Assembly (NCBI GenBank): GCA_020184695.1
Contig: JAANOX010000037.1
Location: forward strand, 248,001-312,000
DNA: 64,000 nucleotides
Reading direction: 5' to 3'
From: Histomonas meleagridis 2922-C6/04-290x
Taxonomy: Eukaryota > Protista > Parabasalia
Shown: positions 40,614 to 51,000 of the stretch, piece after piece
Layout of the letters: each line of letters begins with the position of its first letter
Position numbering within the stretch: the first letter of the stretch is position 1
The notes under the pieces: model-generated
Database searches by the model: none
What the model saw: the letters and a program-made list of their open reading frames with translations, nothing else
What the model was told of the DNA's origin: nothing
Translations under genes and position numbers: made by a program

Positions 40614-43544
40614 ATGCTGGGTCTACTGCTTGTAACTCTGCAATGTAAGGAGCTAGCTGAAAATCAATTGTTCCCTATTGAGCGCAAACGTTGTGCTGTT
40701 AATCTAAATGGCTATGATTATAGTTTAGTTTCAATGGGTGAAAAACGTGGTGTCGATACTTTTCAAGTACACTCTGAAGGATATAAGTATTATATCAAAA
40801 TGTGTAATGAAATTAATGCAACAGCTGACAAACTTCGTAATTTTGATCCAAAATTAGATACAAGAGACGTTTTGGTTGCAAGATGCAATAATGATGGAAC
40901 TTCTTGTCAAAACCTGGTTACAATGAATGCTTTTGATTGGAAATTCAAGTATTCTGATCGTACTCAAGGCATTATCTATTTTGCACAAGGTGAACCATTT
41001 TTCAATCCAGAAATCAATGATTACAGTACCTTTGACATTGAAATTGAAGTCACATGTAATTCAAAAGCTGGTCCTACTGCACCAGTCACGTATTCATATG
41101 ACAATTCAAATCCAAAGGAAACACATCTTATCATGTCCATTGCCAATAGTAATGGTTGTGGTACCAAAGCCGATCATGTTCCAACCCCATCTCCTCAACC
41201 TTATGAACCTCATTGTATATACACCAATCGTCAAAATGAATCAATTCAAGGCGTTGACATCCATCTCAAAGAACTTAATGGAGGTCCTTATGGTATCCGT
41301 GTTCCAATCTCAATTGGCACAACACATGATCAAGTTCTCTTCTTCCAACCATGTGAACGTATTGAATGTCCAATAGGTTATAAATGTTATGATAACTTAT
41401 CATCAGCCTGGCTTTGTGATCCCGACATTAAGATATGTCATTCATATGGAGAAGGCACATCTGAGATGTACATGTCACCACTTGACGAGACGTTAACTAC
41501 CATTAACTTAAAGTTATATCATCAAACAGAAAAAGTCTCCACTAACGTTGCCTTTAAATGTTCTAATACATATCCAGAAGATCATATTTTATTTGAAACA
41601 CATGGAAACATTGATGGCCGTAATACATTACAACTTAGTGCATCTAACAAAATGTTTTGTTTACAACCATTACCAGATCCACATCCATATGAAGGCAAAT
41701 GTCATTTTAATGAGACAGTTGGCGATGCATTTATTCATGTAGATTTAGCAGATTATAACTTAAATGATAATGTTGGTCATAAGACTAATGTTGTCATTAA
41801 GAATCATACTGGTACATATGTAGTTGATGGAACATTAATGTATGAACCATGTAATAACATTTATTGTCCTAAAGATACTGATTGTGATGGTGATGAAGAT
41901 GCAACAGTCTTTTTATGTACCAAAGATCAACAAGGCAAACAAGAATGTATTGGTTATGGATTATTCCATAATGACATTGCAATTAAGTTTAAGAGTTTAG
42001 TTGATATCGAACAAGGACTTAGTGTTGAATACTTTGGTGATTTAGATCGTATAGCATTTGTCGATTGGAAATGTGATCGAACATTAAATCCAGGAGTAAT
42101 AACATTACCAACAGAAGTTGATATTGTTGATTCAAAGACAATACGATTTGAAGTATATTCATCTGAATCTTGTGCACAAGGACATCCAGAACCAGAGAAA
42201 CAATGGCATCCACCAATACCATCTAAGCCATCAAAGCCTACACCTTATCCACAGCCATCACCTAATCCAGTTGATTTACATATAATCAATGAAACACATT
42301 ATATCATTTCAGAATTAAGTGATTATTATCAACCAATTTATAAAGGTTTTCATACTATAGTCTCAGGAACATTACAAGGCACAGTTTATGTCGAATATCA
42401 TCCATGGGATTTAATACCATGTCCAATTGGTTATGTTTGTGGTAATGGAGCTACATCATCGAACTTATGGATTTGTTGGGAAGAAGATAATAATACAAAT
42501 TATTGTCATAATGCAGGCGACAAACGAATCTTTAATCATATGCAACCATTTGATAATCCAGACTTAGGCGTTTACTTACATTATGGAGGTGTTTATGATT
42601 TATCATCAGAGATTCGTGTTGATTGTGATCCTAATGAAGAAACAGACAAAATTACATTTGACCATGCGACAGGTTTACGATATTCACATTCATTAGCAGG
42701 ACCAGAGTTTTATGTATATACAGATTCAGGTGCCATATGTCCACGTAAGTTTATATTACCCGAAGTACCTCAAGCGCCAACTACACCTACACCAACACCT
42801 GATCCATCATATGTACAAATCTTTTCATATGTTGAAGAATCAAATAACAAATATGTATATTTAGACTTAAATAACTTTAGTGATTATCAAGAAGAAATAG
42901 CTTTAGGTTATGGAAGTAATTATCAAAAGAATACAATTATCTTTAACCCAGTTACACCTAAGTCACCTCCAACAGGTTATATATCATTAGATGGTGACTC
43001 AGCTACTGCTAATGTTTGGAGATGTTTCCAAGCTTCTGACTTAAAGAAGTATTGCCACAGTATCGGTAACGCTCGTTATGGTATATATCATGAATTAGCA
43101 GAAGAATCGAACTTCGACTCTGGAATAGCTGTTAATTATGAAGGTGGATATGGTGGATATGAAACACATTTCATATTCCAATGCAACTTAAGTATACCTT
43201 CTGATCAAGTTAACTTCGACCAAGCTGCACGTCTGACGCCACAGAAAGTCGTTGTGATATTCGCCCACACGTCAATGGTTTGTCCGAAAGAAGGCCAATG
43301 GGTTGGACCAGATCAAAAGTCCGCCAGAGTTTCCGGAGGCGCTGTGTTCTTGATAATAATATTCATCGGTGTCGTGTTGTACTTCTCTGTCTTCGTGATA
43401 TTGGGTGTCGTAAGGGAAAATAAGGTCGAGTTCCCTCATTACACATTCTGGAAGGAGGTCGGATGCTGCATTGCAACTGGTGCAATCTTCTTGGCTACTT
43501 GTGGTAAGAGGAGATCAATCAACGTCGATTACTCACAAATATAA
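40614..43544 (+). CDS. Type I membrane protein with about five MRH (mannose-6-phosphate receptor homology)-like Cys-rich domains
   Basis: Signal peptide and five Cys-patterned repeats separated by Pro/Thr linkers. TM SGGAVFLIIIFIGVVLYF, an ATG27/CD-MPR-like FPHYTFW segment, and terminal YSQI (YxxPhi). Confidence 0.75.
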   Translation: MLGLLLVTLQCKELAENQLFPIERKRCAVNLNGYDYSLVSMGEKRGVDTFQVHSEGYKYYIKMCNEINATADKLRNFDPKLDTRDVLVARCNNDGTSCQNLVTMNAFDWKFKYSDRTQGIIYFAQGEPFFNPEINDYSTFDIEIEVTCNSKAGPTAPVTYSYDNSNPKETHLIMSIANSNGCGTKADHVPTPSPQPYEPHCIYTNRQNESIQGVDIHLKELNGGPYGIRVPISIGTTHDQVLFFQPCERIECPIGYKCYDNLSSAWLCDPDIKICHSYGEGTSEMYMSPLDETLTTINLKLYHQTEKVSTNVAFKCSNTYPEDHILFETHGNIDGRNTLQLSASNKMFCLQPLPDPHPYEGKCHFNETVGDAFIHVDLADYNLNDNVGHKTNVVIKNHTGTYVVDGTLMYEPCNNIYCPKDTDCDGDEDATVFLCTKDQQGKQECIGYGLFHNDIAIKFKSLVDIEQGLSVEYFGDLDRIAFVDWKCDRTLNPGVITLPTEVDIVDSKTIRFEVYSSESCAQGHPEPEKQWHPPIPSKPSKPTPYPQPSPNPVDLHIINETHYIISELSDYYQPIYKGFHTIVSGTLQGTVYVEYHPWDLIPCPIGYVCGNGATSSNLWICWEEDNNTNYCHNAGDKRIFNHMQPFDNPDLGVYLHYGGVYDLSSEIRVDCDPNEETDKITFDHATGLRYSHSLAGPEFYVYTDSGAICPRKFILPEVPQAPTTPTPTPDPSYVQIFSYVEESNNKYVYLDLNNFSDYQEEIALGYGSNYQKNTIIFNPVTPKSPPTGYISLDGDSATANVWRCFQASDLKKYCHSIGNARYGIYHELAEESNFDSGIAVNYEGGYGGYETHFIFQCNLSIPSDQVNFDQAARLTPQKVVVIFAHTSMVCPKEGQWVGPDQKSARVSGGAVFLIIIFIGVVLYFSVFVILGVVRENKVEFPHYTFWKEVGCCIATGAIFLATCGKRRSINVDYSQI

Positions 43545-43907
43545 ATATTATATCATTTAAATGGTTAAATAAACCAAACAAACATTGAACAATTTGCCGT
43601 TTGCTGAGAAAAGTTTCACAATTATGTCGAAGTTTTAGGTTTCATTGCACTGTACAGCTAAAGATGAAATAAGTCATAAACTCTGTGTATGATAATAGAC
43701 AGAAATTGAGTATGTCATGTTAACGTTATCCTAAGTTAAAAGTTAGTCTACAGGAAGTGCGTTTATTTTACCAATGCAACGTAAGTTAATTTTACTTTAG
43801 ATGTAACATGAGAAATTACTGCATAAGTAAATGCTAGAGATTCATTTTTTGTTCAAAATATAAAAAATTATATATAACATAAATGTTTACTTATAAAATT
43901 TCTGTTC

Positions 43908-44510
43908 TTATGCTTTTGAAGATGATGATGGCTTTCCATTATTCTTTTTCTTCAGCACAATAATTGTAACGACAACAGCAATTGCAACTATTGTGCCACA
44001 CATGCAATTACAATTCCAGCGATTGCACCGACACTGAGTCATTTCGCATTTGCATCTTTCATACTTTCATCGATTTGATAATTAATTCCATCAGCGTTTG
44101 TATATAACACAGTTATTGATACGCCATTTGGCAAACGCACGTCACCACTTTTGCCTTTATTGATTGTTAACAATCCATCTTTGTTTCTATCAGTCATGAA
44201 TGTGACTTTCATATTTTCATATAATTTAACAATTTTAGCTTCATTATTCGCATTAATAAATTGTATATAATTATTATATATTTTAATTGTTGGAATTGGT
44301 ATTGGTGAATCATTCATTGTTATATCATTAGCATTCAAAATCAGTAATAAGTTGTTTAATAACAATAGAATTATTATTACTAACAAATGTAATATTTGTA
44401 AAATTCATATATTTAAATTGGATAATTTTCGGATTTGCAACAAATTTATCACCGATTTGAAATGTTAAATCTTCCGCTGTTAAATGAAAACCATTTTCAA
44501 ATAGTTCCAT
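43908..44510 (-). pseudogene. Decayed type I surface-protein gene
   Basis: ORF 44039-44386 ends at a TGA that interrupts K(G)LSVGAIAGIVIACVA. After a frameshift it continues IVAIAVVVTIIVLKKKNNGKPSSSSKA* (43908). Further stops and shifts lie upstream to about 44700. Confidence 0.65.
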
Positions 44511-44849
44511 TGGATATTATCCTTGTATTACAATTGTATGTTTTGGTCCTTATTAAACCTGATGTAATGACAACTGGTTATCGTGTAAGAGCAACCATTC
44601 TTTATCAATGTTCTTGAAAAAGATTGAATTCGATGATGAAAATAAATCTTTTTACTCAAAAACAAAATCCTTGTTCTATAATGACTTTATTGGAGAATAA
44701 ATTGTGTATATAAAATATATTTATTCATAATTTTGATTTTTAATCAGTTAAAAAGTTTAATTAACACAATGATGTTTGTTTATTGATAAAGTTCAAATAT
44801 TATTCAATTCGAGAATGTATCGTTATGTTATTATAATTGGACAAAAATG

Positions 44850-45981
44850 AATAATATTCTTGTTTGAAAGATGAAAATAAATTATTTAAGTAAAATTGGA
44901 AAACATCAAAGTGTTCATATATTTATGTACAGTAAGAAAACAAATAAAAAAACTGAGTAAAAAATAATATAAAATTTAAAATTATTTCTGTTGTGTTTAG
45001 TTTACTTTGATGGTGATGCTTTGCGCACTGGCGATGCTTTTCGTGCTGGTGATGAGTTACGTCCTGGTGATGTTGAACGATGAATCTCGCTGTAATCTGC
45101 AATCTTTTGTTTGCGAATTGGTTTCGTGGCCACTTTGCTTTTGTCTTTAGTGAAGATAACATAAAGAATATAACCAACAACAAACACAAAGAAAAGATAA
45201 AGGAAAACGGTACCAAGGCGCTCTTTGATATTAACTACTTCATAAAATTCAGCTGTCTCATTAAATAAAAGAACTGAATAATTAACTCCGTCTTCTGATG
45301 TAACTTTAGCATAAATATCAAGATTAAAGTTACCAGACTCCATCTCTTGATCAAGTTCACATAAATGTAAAAATGTCGTTTGATCTTCATTAGATAGACG
45401 TCCTCCAAGTCCATATGATGTGAAATTCCATATAAAATCATTAGAATCACTTAAACTTGTAACATGACCAAAAACTTCTTGTAATCCATATCCTTCTTCA
45501 TTGTGAACTAAAAATGAACTTAATACTCGGAAAAATCGTTGAATAGGTATTCGGTTGTTCGGATAATCTGGTAATAATGACTTACCTGTGATAAATTCTG
45601 TTTTAGCAAGTGGTAAAAATGTACCACGTGATGAATAAACTCCTTCACCTTCTTCTTCTGAAATTATGAATGAGAAAAGTAATGTTAAAAGCATTTATTT
45701 AGATAAGGCTGGCAAATCCTGGCAAAAGACGTTAACTATTTTATTTAGAGCGTTATCATTATGATATTTTAAAATTGATTTTATTATCAGTAATGGAATA
45801 TAGAAAAAATAATAAATTTTTAAAATGGTAAAATAAAATTTAACACAGTCTTAATTTATTCATCACTTGTTGTTACAACCATATATTTATAACGCGATAT
45901 TGTGCAATTGGAATGCTGTGATGAATTAATACTGAAACTTAAATGAATTTTAATCATAAACATTTGGATTTGCGCAAAATT
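44850..45981. repeat. Local segmental duplication, copy 2 (parental)
   Basis: Matches 35332-36463; contains intact TRAP-alpha and the 3' end of the intact dehydrogenase gene. Confidence 0.93.
45002..45694 (-). CDS. SSR1: Translocon-associated protein alpha (TRAP-alpha/SSR1)-like
   Basis: Signal peptide plus acidic start, lumenal FIWNFT and LLFNET motifs, TM GTVFLYLFFVFVVGYILYVIF (compare ETIFMYMFL), basic tail with KASP repeats. Confidence 0.72.
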   Translation of the reverse strand: MLLTLLFSFIISEEEGEGVYSSRGTFLPLAKTEFITGKSLLPDYPNNRIPIQRFFRVLSSFLVHNEEGYGLQEVFGHVTSLSDSNDFIWNFTSYGLGGRLSNEDQTTFLHLCELDQEMESGNFNLDIYAKVTSEDGVNYSVLLFNETAEFYEVVNIKERLGTVFLYLFFVFVVGYILYVIFTKDKSKVATKPIRKQKIADYSEIHRSTSPGRNSSPARKASPVRKASPSK

Positions 45982-46918
45982 CGACTTTCCGCCCATTCAG
46001 TGCATCAACAATTGCCTTTGCAGCAATAGCCGAAATTTTATCACGAGTTTCAATTGTCGCATCAGCCATATGTGGACAAATAATGAAATTATTTAATTTC
46101 AACAGCGAATGTTCTTTTGGAATCGGCTCAGGATCTATAACATCAACGGCAGCTCCGCTTATTATACCTTCATTCAAAGCTTTGTAGAGATCTTCAGTTA
46201 CAACAATTGGACCACGTGCAATATTCACCAAAATTGATGTTCGTTTCATCTTTTTCAGCTTGTCAATGTTAATGAGGCCTTTGGTACTTGAGTTAAGACT
46301 TGCTGAAATTACAACAAAATCAGATTTGGAGAGTAAATCGTCAATTTCAGAACAATATTTTGCACCAGTATTATCAAATGCAGGCTTTTGATGTGGCCCA
46401 TGATATAAAATTTGCATTGAAAAGCCCTTTGCTCGATTTGCAATTGATTGACCAATACGACCAGGCCCTATAATTCCAAGTGTTTTGCCTGAAATATCGA
46501 AGCCATTGAAGAGCTGTGGTTCGTTGACAATCCATTGTCCATTTCGAACATATTCAACTGATGAACATAATTGGCGTGAAATAGCTAACAATAAACACCA
46601 AGCAAAATCTGCACATGATTCAGTAAGAACACCTGGTGTATGTGCAACAACAATTTTATGATTTGTCGCAAACTCAAGATCAATGTTATCCAAGCCAACT
46701 GCTGCTTGTGAAACTATTTTAAGGTTTGGATGGTTTAAAACGTCAGCGTCAATTGGATCAAAACATTGTGTAAGAATTGCATCACATTCACTAGCTTTTT
46801 TTAAAATGATTTCTTTTGGACATTTTTCATCAGATTCCCAAATTTCCACATCTGAAAAATTTTCTTTAAGGATTTTGATTCCACATTCCCTTATTGAACT
46901 TGTGATGAAAACCTTCAT
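45950..46918 (-). CDS. D-isomer-specific 2-hydroxyacid dehydrogenase (glyoxylate reductase GyaR-like)
   Basis: MKVFIT, AVGLDNID, TPGVLTESCAD, GKTLGIIGPGRIG, LVNIARG, DVIDPEP, ICPHMA; ATG at 46918. Confidence 0.92.
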   Translation of the reverse strand: MKVFITSSIRECGIKILKENFSDVEIWESDEKCPKEIILKKASECDAILTQCFDPIDADVLNHPNLKIVSQAAVGLDNIDLEFATNHKIVVAHTPGVLTESCADFAWCLLLAISRQLCSSVEYVRNGQWIVNEPQLFNGFDISGKTLGIIGPGRIGQSIANRAKGFSMQILYHGPHQKPAFDNTGAKYCSEIDDLLSKSDFVVISASLNSSTKGLINIDKLKKMKRTSILVNIARGPIVVTEDLYKALNEGIISGAAVDVIDPEPIPKEHSLLKLNNFIICPHMADATIETRDKISAIAAKAIVDALNGRKVEFCANPNVYD

Positions 46919-46981
46919 TTTGTTTTTAATTATTTTAAAAAAGCAAACAAACCTTATCAAAAAATCTAATTTAAATATATT

Positions 46982-47887
46982 TTACATTAAATATGAAGAA
47001 ATTTTATCTTTTCTATAATAATCATAGAATAAATATGCCTCTATATTTCCGTCGAATTTAATTTCATTTCCCTTCTGGTTGTTCAGAAGAGGTCTATCAA
47101 GAATATCGAAATGATTAACAATCATCCCATACTTATTTGCAACCCATTCCCAGAAATGAGTTAATGCTTTGACATGTGTATCAAGTTTTTCAACTTGCGC
47201 TTTTCTATGATAAGCAACATCAGACAAATCGTATAAGTAAATTGGTTGAATTTTTTCTGATTCAAGCATATCAAACAAAGGAGGAAGCCATAAATTACAT
47301 TTCATGCCAGAAACAATAAGATATTTAAGTCCCAATTGTTTAGCAAGTGCTACAGCATTAACTGTATCATGAATAAAGTAATCTGATTTGGTGGAATAAA
47401 GAATATCATGATGAATTTGGGGATTAACTTTAGCGGGATTAACATCAAAATCTTGATAAAGACATTTGTCGCCATCAAATAAAGGAGATGTTTCATCAAG
47501 ATAAAGTGAATTAGATTCCTTGATTTGATAATTACCATGAATTTTTGTGGAATCTTCAGTAGTAGTATTAAAAATAATCTTGAATCCAAGGGACCGCAAA
47601 AATTGTGCAACTCTATTGATTTCTGGACAAATTAAATCTGCTCTATCTGAATAGTAGGGACATGAATAAGATTCGTGGAAATTTAATAATAACCCTGATT
47701 TAGATGGATCAATGTTAATTGTTTGTTCTTTGTTTGATGATGTTATTATTTTAATTGAAAAAGAATTTGCTTTTGGTTCGCCAGTAAATGCTTCTTGAAA
47801 TGAAATTACAATAAAAAGTAATACACAAAGTAATGAGAAAATTAATATAGAAATAAGTTCCCTTGGGCGATAATGTCTTCTTTTCAT
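46982..47887 (-). CDS. Signal-anchored isochorismatase/cysteine-hydrolase-fold protein, probably inactive
   Basis: N-terminal TM, then GLLLNFH...CPEINRVAQFLRSLGFKIIF, LGLKYLIVSGMKCNLW and IYLYDLSD, a fold pattern recognised by eye. Confidence 0.5.
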   Translation of the reverse strand: MKRRHYRPRELISILIFSLLCVLLFIVISFQEAFTGEPKANSFSIKIITSSNKEQTINIDPSKSGLLLNFHESYSCPYYSDRADLICPEINRVAQFLRSLGFKIIFNTTTEDSTKIHGNYQIKESNSLYLDETSPLFDGDKCLYQDFDVNPAKVNPQIHHDILYSTKSDYFIHDTVNAVALAKQLGLKYLIVSGMKCNLWLPPLFDMLESEKIQPIYLYDLSDVAYHRKAQVEKLDTHVKALTHFWEWVANKYGMIVNHFDILDRPLLNNQKGNEIKFDGNIEAYLFYDYYRKDKISSYLM

Positions 47888-48064
47888 TGTGCACAAGAAG
47901 CAAAAAAGTGTCTATTATACACTTTTTACTTTTGGAGAACGTTTCAAAAATGGAATAATTTATACGATCAAATTCAATTTAATTATCTTTTGAAAATTCC
48001 TATCGTGTTTTAATCGGTTTTGCACGAATTAATAAACTACTTAAAAAGTGAAATAGTCTGCCGA

Positions 48065-51000
48065 ATGGAAAAGAATAATATCCCACCAATCCAAGATGAA
48101 GATTCATTTTATTGTTTGATAAAATGGATACGGCAGAAAATCGAACAATTTTGTATTTCTGATAATATCGAAAATAATTATCATCAATTAATACAAATTT
48201 ATAAATTCACTTTAACAGAAAAACCAAGTTCAATGGATGAACGTAGTTGGGAAAAGCAAATTTTTTTGCTGTATAGTTTTTTAATAAATTTTTGGATAGC
48301 CGGCAAACCATTTCCAATTGGCACATTTAAAGTCAATTATGGGCCACTTTTCCTTGCTCGTTCTCTTATTGATTTATCCAAAAAAAATTATGAAAAATCA
48401 CCAGAAATTATTGAAACATTTGAATTCATAACACAATCTATTTTAAGCACACAAAAGGAGATATCATATAATGTACCACCATCATTTTTTGGTATTTTTC
48501 TTCCAAAAGTTATTTCACGTTATTATCCCAATGAATATGAAAATTTATTTTCACAATTTTTAACAAAAATCACTGAATTACCGAGTGGTCATTATTTTTA
48601 TGAATCCGATATTTTATTTATGGCGGAAATCATCAAAATTCTTCGTAACAATCGTAATTTACCACAATCGGTCCAATATTTTTTTGATTATATTTTCAAC
48701 GGATCAAGTCAACCAATTGTATTAATAGTACAAAATTTGTTTTCTTATTGGCGTACGGGCTTTAATCCACAAGATGCAAATAACAAATCAATGATGTTAC
48801 AAATAAGACCAACGAAAGTTCTCGAGTTATTTACCAAGTTGAAAATCTTTGATTTGTCATTATCATTTCAATGGATTTCATGTTTATTATTATATGAATC
48901 CTTATTTTCTAATCAAAGCGAACAAATTCATGTTTTGTTTTTTATATGTACAGCATTATTTCATATGGAACGTGTTGTGTTATATAAACGATTTGTACAT
49001 CATTCAGCTGATTTCATTAAAGTATTAAAAAGTCATATTGAGAAACAGAATCCATTATTTTTTTATTATTTTTTAACAAACATTGTATCGATATTAGATA
49101 AAAATATAATTTTCCTGAAGAATATAAAAGGATATCATATTAATAAAGGTGAAAAATCAATAAAATTTTCGGAACAATCATTTTGTAATGAGATCATTGA
49201 TTTAGATGATTGTTTATATACTGAATATTCACCTAAACAAGTTGATAACATTAATGAAGCAATTAAAATATGTGAAAATAAACTTAAAATTATCGAAACG
49301 AAACTTCAATTTATGCAAGTTTCACTTAATTTGTTCTTGAATATTCCATTATCTATTTTTCGAATTATTAATTTCGAAAAAGAAAATGAAACTAATTCTA
49401 ATTTGTTATTTTATTTTGAAGAAATATTTTATCATTGGTTAAAGTTTTTATTATATTTTTCACATCGAGTTACGATTTTATATTATTTAATTCATTCGAA
49501 TAATAAAACTAAAAATCATTTTTGTACAACACAATTAAAAACATTATTTAGCGCATTTAATAAAATGTGTAATGAAGTTCCTTCAAGTTGTTTTAATATG
49601 ATGTTTTCTATCATAACGGACTTTCTACTTAAATATGTACGAAAACATTTATTAACACAATGTTTTGTTATAAATTTTTTGGGTGAAATTATTCATAATA
49701 AAAATTCTTTTGAGATTTTAATGTCTTATCTAATAAAACAAGAAATTCATAATTTATTATGTTTTACTTCTTCTGATATTAAAGATGTAAAATTTATTAG
49801 TCAATGGTTTTTCTTAATATTTCGAGTTGGATTATTAAATAAAAATTATCAATCAGATTTATATAACTTTTTAATATTACATGGGTCTTTTATTATTCCA
49901 AATGTTTCTTTAATGTCGAATAGAATTGTTCATTATGATATTACTTATGAAACAGTTTTATGGTTTAAAAAAATTATTCAACAAATTAATGTTACTGGCG
50001 AAAAATTTTCGCCACGATTTCAATTAAAATATTTTTCTTTATTACCTTCGACTACTAAAAAAAATTCTTTATCATTTTTTCTTGATTATATTATAAATAA
50101 AGATTTGCAACCAAATCAAAATGAGAAAATTGTTTTATTTGGGAATAAAGTAATTGATTTAACTACAACTGAAGTAATAAAACTTGTTTTAGAAACTAAT
50201 AAAAGAGAATTTTATGATATAGTTCTTAATTTACTTGAGAAAACTATAGATTTAAAGAATATTATTCAATGGAATGACAATTTCACAAATGAGAAATTTG
50301 AATTTTTTAATTTATTATTAAATAATTCGAATGATAAATTAGATTCAAATCTTGTAAAATTTATTAATCATCCAATAACAAATTCATTTTTAATAAGTTC
50401 GAAAAGTCAATTAAATTTTTCAATTGATATATTATTAATTAAACCATTTGAAATATCAATTTTAGATTTTTTAAAAGAAATTATATCAAATCAAGATAAC
50501 TCAATCGAACCAATTAATTTATTCCAATTAATTGATTGGTCTTTTACTATTATCCAAGAATCTTCATTAATTAATGAGTCAATTGAATTATTTGGATTAT
50601 TATTAAATATATGTTCTAATTTATCAATACATTCTTCATTATCACCGAAAATTACAAATTTTATACATAATTTAAATATGTTTTATGCTGAAAAAATGAA
50701 AAGTAAAATGTACTTTAAATATTTTTTGGCACTTATATCAATTTTAGGTAAAACTCAATCAACTAAAACTGTTTTTATTCTTGAAATGTTTTGTGATTTT
50801 TTATTATCATTACAACAAGAAGTACCTTCATTAAACTTAATAACTATTTCAATAAATCAAATTATTTATAATTTTCCTACTGATAAAGAATCTTCTTTAT
50901 CAATTTCTATCGCATTAAATCAAATATTAAATTTCTTTCCAAATTCAATTTCATTTGAACAATTTCAACATTTTTTATTTAGTTATCCACCATATTCATT

